Origin: an uncultured Bacteroidaceae bacterium
GTDB lineage: Bacteria; Bacteroidota; Bacteroidia; Bacteroidales; GCA-2748055
Reading direction: 5' to 3'
Length of the DNA: 64,000 bases
Assembly: GCA_964538375.1 (NCBI GenBank)
Contig: CAZIFQ010000002.1
Span: forward strand, 3,434-67,433
Under the pieces are notes generated by a model. The model was not told where the DNA came from. It saw nothing but the letters and a program-made list of their open reading frames with translations, and searched no databases. Made by a program: the position numbers and the translations under genes. Shown one piece after another: positions 18,502 through 27,725 of this stretch. The number at the start of each line of letters is the position of its first letter. The stretch's first letter is position 1.

Positions 18502-21158
18502 TGATTTTAAAAAGGGGATATATCATCTTTTGTATTCTTCTACTCTCAATAGTTCCACATATCTTAAAAGCTCAGGATGGCGGGAAGCGTTTTACGGTTC
18601 ATGTGGATCAAGTCCCGCTGAGACAAATTTTTGATGTCCTGGAGAAGGAGTCAGGACTCATCTTTTCATACAGCAGCCGAGTTGTCGATGATCAGTTGCT
18701 TAGCTCACTGCATATGGATCAACAAACATTGGATGAAGCAGTAAAGATTCTGTTTAAGGATATGGAGATCAATGTCCGTTTTGTTGAGGAACAAGTTGTT
18801 CTGAAAAGAAAAAGGCGAAAAGACAAAATCATAGCTGGTGAAGGAGTCACTGAACAGGCCAAAGTGCTGCAGTATACAATTAGTGGCTATGTCAAAGATT
18901 TCTCAACAGGAGAAGTATTAATTGGGGCCACTATCTCTGCAAATGGGGGCTTGTTGGGGACCATATCTAATAATTATGGCTTTTTTTCTCTCACATTCAG
19001 CGGGCCTGTCGATTCAGTTATTTGTTCCTACATTGGATATCTGAGCCAGGTGAAGCATGTAACTCGTATGGATGCACAAATCTCTTTTCAGCTGGTGGAG
19101 CGGCTGACGGCCATTAAAGAAGTGGTAATCTATGCCTCAGATTCTGAGGATCTCATCAAAACTTCAAGGAGCTCAGAGCAGAAGATCAGGCCTGAGCAAG
19201 TAAGAAAAATGCCAGCCCTTTTTGGAGAAAAAGATGTGATTAAGTCGCTGGCGGCCATACCCGGAGTAAAATTTTTTGGTGACGGATCAACTATTTTCTA
19301 TGTCAGAGGTGGAAGCCGGGACCAGAACCTTATCACCATAGACGAAGCTCCTGTCTATAATCCCACGCACCTGTTGGGCTTTTTTTCAACCGTGGTACCG
19401 GATGCGGTGAAGGAGATACAGGTGTTTAAAGGAGACTTTCCCGCCAATTACGGCGGTAGATTATCTTCCCTGGTTGATATCAGAACAAAAGATGGCAACA
19501 TGCAACAATTTGGGATGGATGGCAGTATGGGACTGCTCTCTTCACGGCTGTCTGTTGAGGGGCCACTATGGAAGGATCATATTTCTTATTTTATTTCGGG
19601 AAGGCGATCATATATTTTGAGACCAATTCAAAAGGCAGCTGAAAATTTAAAAGATCTGCATTTTGCCGACATTCATTTTAAATTGAACTATCGGGTCAAT
19701 GATAAAAATCGCTTCTTCTTTTCTATTTATAATAGCGTTGATAACTACGAAGCATATGATAATTCTGGTCGGATAGCCGGGATCAATTGGCAGAATGGAA
19801 CGGCCACTTTACGCTGGAACCATCTCTTCAGCGATAAACTTTTTTCAAATACAACAATGTATGCAAGCAGGTATGATACATACTTAAACACGAATCTCAT
19901 GGAGGGTGACTATTGGAATTCGCATATCGATAATTTTAGTTTGAAGACAGATTTCACCTGGTATATCAGTCCATCGAATACCCTGCGTTTCGGTGCCAAG
20001 CTGGCTGAGCATTTCATAAATCCAGGGAACTATTACGATAACCATACACTTCTTCAACTCCCATATGCTATATCCACTAAGAGATCTAATGAGAGTAATC
20101 TATATTTGAGCGACCAGGTAATTTTTTCGAACAGCTTATCCTTGCGTGCAGGAATCAGGCTTACTGCATGGAACAGTGTTGGGCCTGCTGTTGAGTACTC
20201 TTATGATGCTTTGCCCTATGACTCTATACATTACCAGAGTGGCGAGTTATATAATACCTATGTCCGGATAGATCCGCGCTTGAGCTTGGTATACAGAGCG
20301 GGAAACAATGATTTATTGAAGCTTAGCTATAGCAAAACCAGTCAGTTTGAGCATCTTATCACAAACTCTATTAGTCCTTTTACTACCCTGGAGGTGTGGT
20401 TGCCAAGTGGTCCGAATATCTTGCCGCAAAGAGCAGACCAGGTAACGCTTGGTTATTCCCACAAATTTGCTGGCAGTGGAATACAGGCTGAGGCGGAGCT
20501 CTATTACAAGAGGATGAAAAACCAAATCGATTACCGGGATCATGCTAAAATGCTCATGAATCCTTTTGTGGAAAATGAACTGCGCTTTGGAGAGGGTAAT
20601 GCTTATGGATTGGAAACGATGTTGTCAAAGAAATACGGAGGATTAAGCGGTTGGATTTCATACACCTATTCCAGGTCAATACTCACTGTTGAAGATATAA
20701 ACGGAGGAGACCCATACCCCTCATATGGTGACAGACCCCATGATTTATCTTTGTTTTTGTCTTATAAGATAAGTCCCTCACTTGAGTTGTCGGGAAACTT
20801 TATCTACATGACCGGAGCACCCTTCACCACGCCAACAGCATTTTACTATTATGAGAACTACCAGGTGCCTATTTATTTTAAGAGGAACAACGATCGCTTA
20901 CCAGATTACCATCGCTTAGACCTGGCTCTGACCTGTGATTTGCGGAAGAAGGAGGGGAGATTTGACCATGAACTGATTTTCTCCATCTACAACGTATATG
21001 CAAGAAAAAACCCGGTTGCCATACATTTTAATAAAATTGAAAATCAGTCCGGACAGCTGGTTGTTCCTTACAATTATTATGAATCGCCAAAACTTATTCC
21101 GACACAGTTTTACATATACAGGATGGTTCCTTCATTGAGCTATCATTTTAGTTTCTGA
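18501..21158 (+). CDS. TonB-dependent receptor with N-terminal STN signalling domain and CarboxypepD_reg-like domain
   Basis: 885 aa with a signal peptide. It has an STN-like segment (FTVHVDQVPLRQIFDVLEKESGLIFSYS), YTISGYVKDFSTGEVLIGATI, a plug, then a barrel ending in an aromatic residue (LSYHFSF). Confidence 0.9.
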   Translation: MILKRGYIIFCILLLSIVPHILKAQDGGKRFTVHVDQVPLRQIFDVLEKESGLIFSYSSRVVDDQLLSSLHMDQQTLDEAVKILFKDMEINVRFVEEQVVLKRKRRKDKIIAGEGVTEQAKVLQYTISGYVKDFSTGEVLIGATISANGGLLGTISNNYGFFSLTFSGPVDSVICSYIGYLSQVKHVTRMDAQISFQLVERLTAIKEVVIYASDSEDLIKTSRSSEQKIRPEQVRKMPALFGEKDVIKSLAAIPGVKFFGDGSTIFYVRGGSRDQNLITIDEAPVYNPTHLLGFFSTVVPDAVKEIQVFKGDFPANYGGRLSSLVDIRTKDGNMQQFGMDGSMGLLSSRLSVEGPLWKDHISYFISGRRSYILRPIQKAAENLKDLHFADIHFKLNYRVNDKNRFFFSIYNSVDNYEAYDNSGRIAGINWQNGTATLRWNHLFSDKLFSNTTMYASRYDTYLNTNLMEGDYWNSHIDNFSLKTDFTWYISPSNTLRFGAKLAEHFINPGNYYDNHTLLQLPYAISTKRSNESNLYLSDQVIFSNSLSLRAGIRLTAWNSVGPAVEYSYDALPYDSIHYQSGELYNTYVRIDPRLSLVYRAGNNDLLKLSYSKTSQFEHLITNSISPFTTLEVWLPSGPNILPQRADQVTLGYSHKFAGSGIQAEAELYYKRMKNQIDYRDHAKMLMNPFVENELRFGEGNAYGLETMLSKKYGGLSGWISYTYSRSILTVEDINGGDPYPSYGDRPHDLSLFLSYKISPSLELSGNFIYMTGAPFTTPTAFYYYENYQVPIYFKRNNDRLPDYHRLDLALTCDLRKKEGRFDHELIFSIYNVYARKNPVAIHFNKIENQSGQLVVPYNYYESPKLIPTQFYIYRMVPSLSYHFSF

Positions 21159-21159
21159 T

Positions 21160-22032
21160 ATGGAAAGAAGAAGATTAAATAAAGATATAGGTAAGAAGCA
21201 AAGAAGGAAATTTTTTTTCCGGCTGTTGCTCATCATCGTTTTCATTTTTCCCGCATGCCAGGAGAAAATAGATTGGGAGCTGGAAATGGAAAACGAATTG
21301 CGCCTTGTTGTGGATGCAAAGTTGACAAATGAAAAGCAAGCACACGAAGTAAAATTATCACTGCCAGTATATGAAATTAATGGTGAGTCAAAACCGGTGA
21401 GAAGGGCTGATGTAACCTTGTCTGATGGTGATAATCCCATTGAACTTAATGAAGATCCCCTGCGCCCGGGTGTGTATTTGACCGAGCCGGATGTGCAAGG
21501 GGTCGTGAATAAGATCTATACACTTAACATAAAAGTGGAAGGATTTGAATGTTGGGCACTGGCAAAGATGGAGGGAGTAACACCTATTAACTATCCGGGT
21601 TATTATAAGGTTTCTAATGATCCGGAATTATACGAGGTGTATTTCGGAGGAAGTGATGCTCCTTCCGTTATTAAACTGGAGCTTGACTGGTCTGGTGTTG
21701 AGGGCTATGAAGATTTGCCGGGTGAAGAAAATCACGCTGTTGTTTTTGGATATTACTTCAGTGTGCTGACAGTGGATGCGAATGAGTTGTTTGCCTCAAA
21801 TCACGACAGGGTCAGGTTTCCGCCTGGCACCCAGGTTATAATTACAAAGGAGTCCTTATCAGCAGGTTACCAGGACTATCTGAGAGGCATGCTGTCAGAA
21901 ACTACATGGAACGGTGGGATGTTTGATGTAAAACCCGGCGATCCATTTTCCAATCTCAGTGCAGGCGCCATTGGCTATTTTGCAGCCACCTCGGTGCTAA
22001 GAGATACTATCACCTTCATTCCTGGTATATAG
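21160..22032 (+). CDS. DUF4249-like lipoprotein (receptor-associated)
   Basis: 290 aa with lipobox FIFPAC. LVVDAKLTNEKQAHEVKLSL...ADVTLSDGDNPIELNE...PGVYL...YTLNIKVEG matches the DUF4249 pattern usually found after such receptors. It starts 1 nt after the receptor stop. Confidence 0.6.
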   Translation: MERRRLNKDIGKKQRRKFFFRLLLIIVFIFPACQEKIDWELEMENELRLVVDAKLTNEKQAHEVKLSLPVYEINGESKPVRRADVTLSDGDNPIELNEDPLRPGVYLTEPDVQGVVNKIYTLNIKVEGFECWALAKMEGVTPINYPGYYKVSNDPELYEVYFGGSDAPSVIKLELDWSGVEGYEDLPGEENHAVVFGYYFSVLTVDANELFASNHDRVRFPPGTQVIITKESLSAGYQDYLRGMLSETTWNGGMFDVKPGDPFSNLSAGAIGYFAATSVLRDTITFIPGI

Positions 22033-22299
22033 TTCCCTATGGTCCTTCGTGTTTCTCTCTGAAAATCTGTGCCGTAGCTCTGGTGTCCAGATTCCGAACT
22101 CCTCATCTCACCTTCCCATCTCCCCATCAGTACATCACCCCATTTTCATAACTCACACATAATCAAATACATAAAAAAATATTCTTTTTTTTTATGTTTT
22201 TACGTAGGGGTCTCCCCCCACCCGCCGTGTGCTATAGATGAAGACGCTTAAAAAGTTGAAATCAAAACAAAAATTTAGTAATAATTAAAATTTAAGATC

Positions 22300-23445
22300 A
22301 TGAACCGAAACAAAGTTGAGTTCAGTAAGGCCAAGGGCCGAACTAAAAAGTTAAGTTTAATTTCCATTTTTATTTTTTTAGCCGGAGTATTATTTTTTAC
22401 CTCTTGCGAAACTGACCCGCTAGGACAAAATCCTGACAACAGTATTCTTCCCGACAAATTTTCTGTTGATATTCCTGATGCTATTTCACAGGAAATTTCA
22501 TCTAAGAAAAGCGTTGCCATAGATACCATGAAAGGCAATAACGTTTATGAGCACCTTACCTTTTTCATACATGTTGGAGAGGAAGCGGCTGAAATTGTTG
22601 AAGGAATTATTAGAGGGATTAGTATGTATGACATCGATCGTATTATCACGCTCACATATGAAGGTGAAGATGATGGCAGAATTAAAAATCTTGTGGTAGA
22701 GGCAGTCTCTGAATATGAAGACAGGGTTTGGGATTATGGTTTGACCATTACTGATGCAGAATCAGAAGTAAATGAAGATGGTGGTAAAGCCGTTCAGATT
22801 TTCTGGAATGAAAGTCCACGAGAGGGCATCTCCATATTAAAGCCGTACAATATTGACCGTACTGGAGCAAATTTTCTGGATGCCATGTTCCGCATCGATT
22901 ACAGTGAGGCAGGAGAGATGGGTTACGATGCACACATGATAGTTTCTATCTTCGATCTTCCATCAATAGATCCTTTGTTGGAGCCATTTGCAATGAATGC
23001 TATGAAGATGTTTGTGGGTAAGAAAGGTGAATATGTTGATGTATATGGAAACTCAAGCCATCCCAATGCTAAGTTTTTGACAAGCACAACTGGTTACAAC
23101 TGGGCTTTTGTTGCTTCAGGCGAAGATAACAGGGATGTTGCAGCAGCTGAGGTTGGACTTCCGCTCAGCACTTTGGATGCAACAGGGCGTGCAGTTCTTC
23201 TCGAAGAGTATTCAATTAAGAATGTATTTACAAATGAAGTTAAAACCGTATGGCCTTCTGCAAGTGATGAATTAATTGCAGCGTGGTTAACCAATACTGA
23301 GTCTCCTGGTTTCTTCGATGATAATGGATTTGTTCAAGGAGGAATACTTCCAGGTGATGAGTACAGCGCAGTTGCTGAAAGACTTACAGGATTGTCACCG
23401 TATAATCCTAAGTCAATCGCTAATCTTGAAATTTCATTTAAATAG
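22300..23445 (+). CDS. Hypothetical lipoprotein
   Basis: 381 aa with a signal plus lipobox (LFFTSC). No family was recognised. Confidence 0.5.
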   Translation: MNRNKVEFSKAKGRTKKLSLISIFIFLAGVLFFTSCETDPLGQNPDNSILPDKFSVDIPDAISQEISSKKSVAIDTMKGNNVYEHLTFFIHVGEEAAEIVEGIIRGISMYDIDRIITLTYEGEDDGRIKNLVVEAVSEYEDRVWDYGLTITDAESEVNEDGGKAVQIFWNESPREGISILKPYNIDRTGANFLDAMFRIDYSEAGEMGYDAHMIVSIFDLPSIDPLLEPFAMNAMKMFVGKKGEYVDVYGNSSHPNAKFLTSTTGYNWAFVASGEDNRDVAAAEVGLPLSTLDATGRAVLLEEYSIKNVFTNEVKTVWPSASDELIAAWLTNTESPGFFDDNGFVQGGILPGDEYSAVAERLTGLSPYNPKSIANLEISFK

Positions 23446-23486
23446 GAAAGCTGACCAAATAAGTTCATCCAAAAAAGCGATCCTTG

Positions 23487-23517
23487 GGGAGGCTGTGCAA
23501 ACAGTCTCCCTTTTTTT
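23487..23517. terminator. Rho-independent-type terminator between convergent genes
   Basis: GGGAGGCTGT-GCAA-ACAGTCTCCC (one mismatch) is followed by TTTTTTT. It sits after the lipoprotein gene and abuts the stop of the minus-strand YhhQ-like gene. Confidence 0.65.
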
Positions 23518-24334
23518 ATTGGTTGAGAATCAAATCCTTATCAAAAAGGTTTTTATCATCATCATCTTTGTCGCGGTACTCCTTGGTGGGATCCAGCTGT
23601 AGATATTTTGATAAAAGCCTCACTCCAAGATAGAAAGGTCCGGTATCAAGAAGTGCAGACACCATTTTATACATATAATTTGAAAAAATCAAAATCATTA
23701 ATCCATGAAGGATAGTTTCTCCTTTCATGATGGTAATGGTATCCGCAAAATGGTAGGTGATTAGTATTACTGCAACTGAGTCGACCATTTGACTTATCAA
23801 TGTAGAACCATTATTTCTGAGCCACAAGGCTTTTCCTTTGGTCATTTTTTTCAGGAAGTGAAAGATCTGAACGTCTACAAACTGAGCAGTCAGGTAGGCA
23901 ATCATTGATCCAACAGTTGCGAGTCCGGTTAACCTCCTGATATTGAAGAAGGTATAATTTGAATCATCCAGGGCTGGTAAACCATTCTCCATTAGTTCCG
24001 GATGAGGGGGTAGCGCACCACCGAGCCAGACAATAAAAAGCACCCAAATATTGAGGATTAAGCCGATCCAAACAACCATATTTGCCCTTTTCTTGCCATA
24101 TAACTCGCTGATAAAGTCTGTACAAAGGAAGGTAATCGGGTAGGGTAGAACACCAACAAAGACTACAAAAGGAATGTGAGTATTACCAAGATTAAATGAA
24201 AAATCAAGTTGTCTTGAAATTCCCAAAACATTAAACACAGCAAGGGTTCCCAAGAATATACCCGCCAGAAAAATAAAAACAATTTCTCGTCTCTGAGCAA
24301 TTTTTATATCTACGACTTCATCGGCTCCAAACAT
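23516..24334 (-). CDS. yhhQ: Queuosine-precursor transporter family protein (YhhQ/DUF165)
   Basis: 272 aa, polytopic. LPYPITFLCTDFISELYGKKRAN is typical of the YhhQ/VUT family. Confidence 0.75.
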   Translation of the reverse strand: MFGADEVVDIKIAQRREIVFIFLAGIFLGTLAVFNVLGISRQLDFSFNLGNTHIPFVVFVGVLPYPITFLCTDFISELYGKKRANMVVWIGLILNIWVLFIVWLGGALPPHPELMENGLPALDDSNYTFFNIRRLTGLATVGSMIAYLTAQFVDVQIFHFLKKMTKGKALWLRNNGSTLISQMVDSVAVILITYHFADTITIMKGETILHGLMILIFSNYMYKMVSALLDTGPFYLGVRLLSKYLQLDPTKEYRDKDDDDKNLFDKDLILNQ

Positions 24335-24609
24335 AATTTAATGTTTGTGGGTTTGATTTCTTAAAATTATTAAAATATTTAACATATGAAACTAGTTTTT
24401 GTTGAATAGCAGAAAAATTAATGGATTAAAATCAATAATCTGATGCTTTTGTAAATGCTAGAGTGTATTAAAATATTTAGTTTGAGGCCTGTTTTTTATT
24501 TGAATTTTCTTAAATTACTCCATTAATTCAGCCGGAGGAGTTTTTTTCCGGGTTATTTAGTGTGGATAAAGTTTATATTTTGTCCTATAAAAATGCCTAA
24601 ATCTAAAGT

Positions 24610-27600
24610 ATGGCTCTTAACATTGCCAAGGCTCTGAATATTGAAAAACAGGAGCGAAGCGTTGTTTTTTTATTACTAACTCAATCGGTTTTCCTTGGAG
24701 TTTTCGCAGGGGCACTTGATGTTGGTGCTAATGCATTGTTTCTTGAGAAATATAGTGCAGATCTGATTCCCCAGGCATTTACATTATCGGGAATAGTGGG
24801 AATTATTTTTACTTCCATGTATGCATTCTTGCAGAAGAAAATCCCATTTAAATTCTTTACTATAATCAATCTTTTTGTGGCTATAGCATGCATGGCTGCA
24901 TTGCGTTTTGGATTTTCTTACATAGAAGCAGATTGGCTGGCATTTGCTGTATTTGTTATGATGGGACCAATTATTATTATAAGTATGCTTGGTTTTTGGG
25001 GTACAGCAGGAAGGTATTTTACCTTAAGGGAAGGGAAAAGATTATTTGGTATTATAGATACCGGATCTGTGGTAGGAATGATCCTTGTATTTTATGCTGT
25101 ACCGGTTTTAATGCAGTTTAACTTCGAGGTTTACAATACCCTCATGATTGGATTGGTAAGTCTGATTGCTGCGTTGTTGTTTCAGCTTATACTTGTCAGG
25201 AAACACAAATTTCTGGCCATTGCAAAAAAGGATACTTCGGAAAAAAAGAAACGAACTGGCTTTTTTAGCTTATTCAGGAAAAGGTATACTTCCCTGATGG
25301 CCCTTTTTGTTGTAATGAGTGTAATAACTGCATTTTTTATTCATTACTCCTTTATGTGGGCCACTGAAGCAAATTATTCTGACAGCAAGGAATTAACAGG
25401 ATTTATTGGTGCGTTTTTTGGTACAATGATGATTTTTACGGTGATCATTAAGAGTACACTATATGGATGGTTAATGAAAAACTATGGCTTGCGTGTGGCG
25501 CTGCTCATCTCCCCTGCCCTGCTTCTTATTCTTACTGTGATTGCTGCACTGGTAGGTGGTATATTTGGATACACTGCAGAAGCAGCTAGTTTTACTTTGT
25601 TCTTCCTGGTGATATCTCTTTCAAAACTCTTTAACAAATCATTGAAGGATGCCATCGAAAGCCCTTCGATGAAGATTCTTTATCAATCTCTTGATTCAAG
25701 CGAAAGATATGATATCCAGGCCAGAATTGACGGTATCGTAAATGAGATGACTGCATTTACTGCGGGCCTGCTGATGGCCGGATTGCTGATGATAAGTTTT
25801 GTAAAGGTTATTCACTTCTCATATATCCTAATTGCTATCCTTTTCTTTTGGGTAATATTAGGCGTGTGGTTATATAAGTCATACAGGAAAACCCTGAATG
25901 ATTCCCTGGCTTCTGCCCGATCATCAGTTAAAAGTACCGATGAGGAAAAAGAGACGGAACTTCCTTCCCTATCTCAAATACCAAATTATAATGAATGGAT
26001 AAAGTTAAATCCTTACTTCTATCATGTTGTTTCAGAAAGAGAAATGGATGGAATGCTTGAGAATTCCAATATCGATATTCAGATGTTGGGTTGGGAGGTC
26101 ATATCCAATACACTTTATTCCCTTAAAGAAAGTGAAGTGAAAAAGATTAAGGACAAGACAAAAAACAAGGAACTGATTGGCTTGATAGATAATTATCTGA
26201 GAAGGAACCACCTTTCAAATAAAGACATTGATGCTGCATTTCGTTCGACGGATAAAAATGAGATTTTTGCAGCTCTTGTTCAGACTGCGGTCAAAAAGGA
26301 AAAAGAGCATGTTCCTCATATAATTTCACTTCTAAGAGACAGGGACCTAATCCTTAGATCTGCCGCTATAGAAACTGCAGGGCTGTTGAATGCCAGGGAA
26401 CTTGGGGGCTATCTGGTCGATTATCTGGGTCATCCTAGTTTATATGCTATTACATGGTCATCTCTTGTAAAAATGGGAGAGGGTATCCTGGAGAACCTGG
26501 AGAATGCTTTTCATAAGACTGGAGCCCCGGAGAAAGTACAACAGAGAATTATCTCTGCTATGATTGCCATTGGGGGTGAAAAAGTGAATGAATACCTCTT
26601 TACAAAAATCAACTATCACCAGCGATTCATTCGTGAGGCAGCTATACAGGGTTTATATAAGAATGATTTTAAGGCAAATGAGCAGCAGATTCCAATTCTT
26701 CAATCAGTTATTTATGATGCTGCACTCGCAGGATCATGGACCATGACTGCAGAATTTGTTGTTCACGAAAATAATCCTGAAAATGGTTTATTAGAGGCCA
26801 TTAGTGAAGAAATGCAGCAGATCAATGAATTGCTATTTACTCTCCTTGCAATTACTTATGACAAGCACGCCATCGATCATGTGAAAAGTAGCTTGATGGA
26901 TGCTGAAAATGAAGACACAGGTTTCGCAATTGAATTGTTAAATCTGATTGTTGATGACCAGGTTTATGCGTATCTCGAGCCATATTTTGAGCAGATGGCA
27001 GTGCCTGATAAGGTAAGGAAACTTCAGAATGAAATGCCGGTGGAAATCTTGCCGTATGAGACACTCTTGACTGATCTGATAAGTCGTGATAGTTTGTATA
27101 GCGGAAATTATCCAAGACTATGTGCTATTAATGCCATCGGCATGAACAATGAACTGGATGCAAGCACCGAACTGGCGGCACAGGTTTTTCATCCACACGA
27201 GATTCTCAGCGATTCTGCCTTTACAATTTTGTCCATGAAGAATGAAGAATTATCGAAGGACATTGCTTCCCGTTTTCCTGAGGAGAGGATTGATACTTTT
27301 GGAATGAATGGTGATCAAAAAGGAATGCACCTCCTGATGATAATTGTAGACACCTTGAAAAAATGGCCTGCCTTTTCATCTGTGAAATTGGAGACCTTGT
27401 TTCTGTTTGCAAAGAACTTTGTGATTTCCAGGGAAGCAGATTTTGCTGACAAGAAACTGGTATCCTTTGTGCATTCTGATATGCCTGGTTTACCTGGATC
27501 GTTGAAGCACGGTTTGACGGTTTATGCTGCAGACTATCACGGATTAGACAATCAGTTCACAGAGATGATGAATCAGAAAGAGCTTGCTGTATTTCAGATT

Positions 27601-27714
27601 GACAAAGATATTTTTCGGGAGTTGGTGTTTGACAATCGGGATTTACTGGATGCATTTACTAGTATGTGTCTAAAAGATAGCATAGAGCAAATATTTATTA
27701 AACAAGAAGACTAA
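24610..27714 (+). CDS. Fusion protein: N-terminal ~440-aa polytopic MFS/ATP:ADP-antiporter(TLC)-like transporter domain, HEAT-type repeats, and a degenerate cNMP-binding-like C-terminus
   Basis: 1034 aa with about 12 predicted TM helices in the first 440 aa. HEAT-like helical repeats follow (LLRDRDLILRSAAIETAGLL..., REAAIQGLYKN). The C-terminal segment (...ELAVFQIDKDIFRELVFDNRDLLDAF) resembles the end of a cNMP-binding domain, but FGE/RSA motifs are not visible. Confidence 0.6.
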   Translation: MALNIAKALNIEKQERSVVFLLLTQSVFLGVFAGALDVGANALFLEKYSADLIPQAFTLSGIVGIIFTSMYAFLQKKIPFKFFTIINLFVAIACMAALRFGFSYIEADWLAFAVFVMMGPIIIISMLGFWGTAGRYFTLREGKRLFGIIDTGSVVGMILVFYAVPVLMQFNFEVYNTLMIGLVSLIAALLFQLILVRKHKFLAIAKKDTSEKKKRTGFFSLFRKRYTSLMALFVVMSVITAFFIHYSFMWATEANYSDSKELTGFIGAFFGTMMIFTVIIKSTLYGWLMKNYGLRVALLISPALLLILTVIAALVGGIFGYTAEAASFTLFFLVISLSKLFNKSLKDAIESPSMKILYQSLDSSERYDIQARIDGIVNEMTAFTAGLLMAGLLMISFVKVIHFSYILIAILFFWVILGVWLYKSYRKTLNDSLASARSSVKSTDEEKETELPSLSQIPNYNEWIKLNPYFYHVVSEREMDGMLENSNIDIQMLGWEVISNTLYSLKESEVKKIKDKTKNKELIGLIDNYLRRNHLSNKDIDAAFRSTDKNEIFAALVQTAVKKEKEHVPHIISLLRDRDLILRSAAIETAGLLNARELGGYLVDYLGHPSLYAITWSSLVKMGEGILENLENAFHKTGAPEKVQQRIISAMIAIGGEKVNEYLFTKINYHQRFIREAAIQGLYKNDFKANEQQIPILQSVIYDAALAGSWTMTAEFVVHENNPENGLLEAISEEMQQINELLFTLLAITYDKHAIDHVKSSLMDAENEDTGFAIELLNLIVDDQVYAYLEPYFEQMAVPDKVRKLQNEMPVEILPYETLLTDLISRDSLYSGNYPRLCAINAIGMNNELDASTELAAQVFHPHEILSDSAFTILSMKNEELSKDIASRFPEERIDTFGMNGDQKGMHLLMIIVDTLKKWPAFSSVKLETLFLFAKNFVISREADFADKKLVSFVHSDMPGLPGSLKHGLTVYAADYHGLDNQFTEMMNQKELAVFQIDKDIFRELVFDNRDLLDAFTSMCLKDSIEQIFIKQED

Positions 27715-27725
27715 AACTAAGCGGT

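Noticed and set aside
22169-22197. ACATAAAAAAA-TATTC-TTTTTTTTTATGT hairpin and a C-rich tract (22110-22145) between the DUF4249 gene and the lipoprotein gene; also GGGGTCTCCCCCCACCC at about 22207-22225 as a possible ECF promoter
   Set aside because: The stem is almost pure A-T and therefore weak. I have no consensus for this ECF sigma to compare with, so nothing supports a specific call.
24335-24609. Possible preQ1 riboswitch upstream of the YhhQ-type queuosine-precursor transporter; also a 14-nt direct repeat TATTAAAATATTTA at 24368-24381 and 24466-24479
   Set aside because: Reading the minus-strand leader, I found no P1 stem plus the CCC...AAAAAACUA-type preQ1-I pattern. There is only an ACCCACAAAC stretch with no complementary G-run. 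The 14-mer repeat is pure A/T in an A/T-rich region, so chance cannot be excluded. An Infernal/Rfam scan would settle both.
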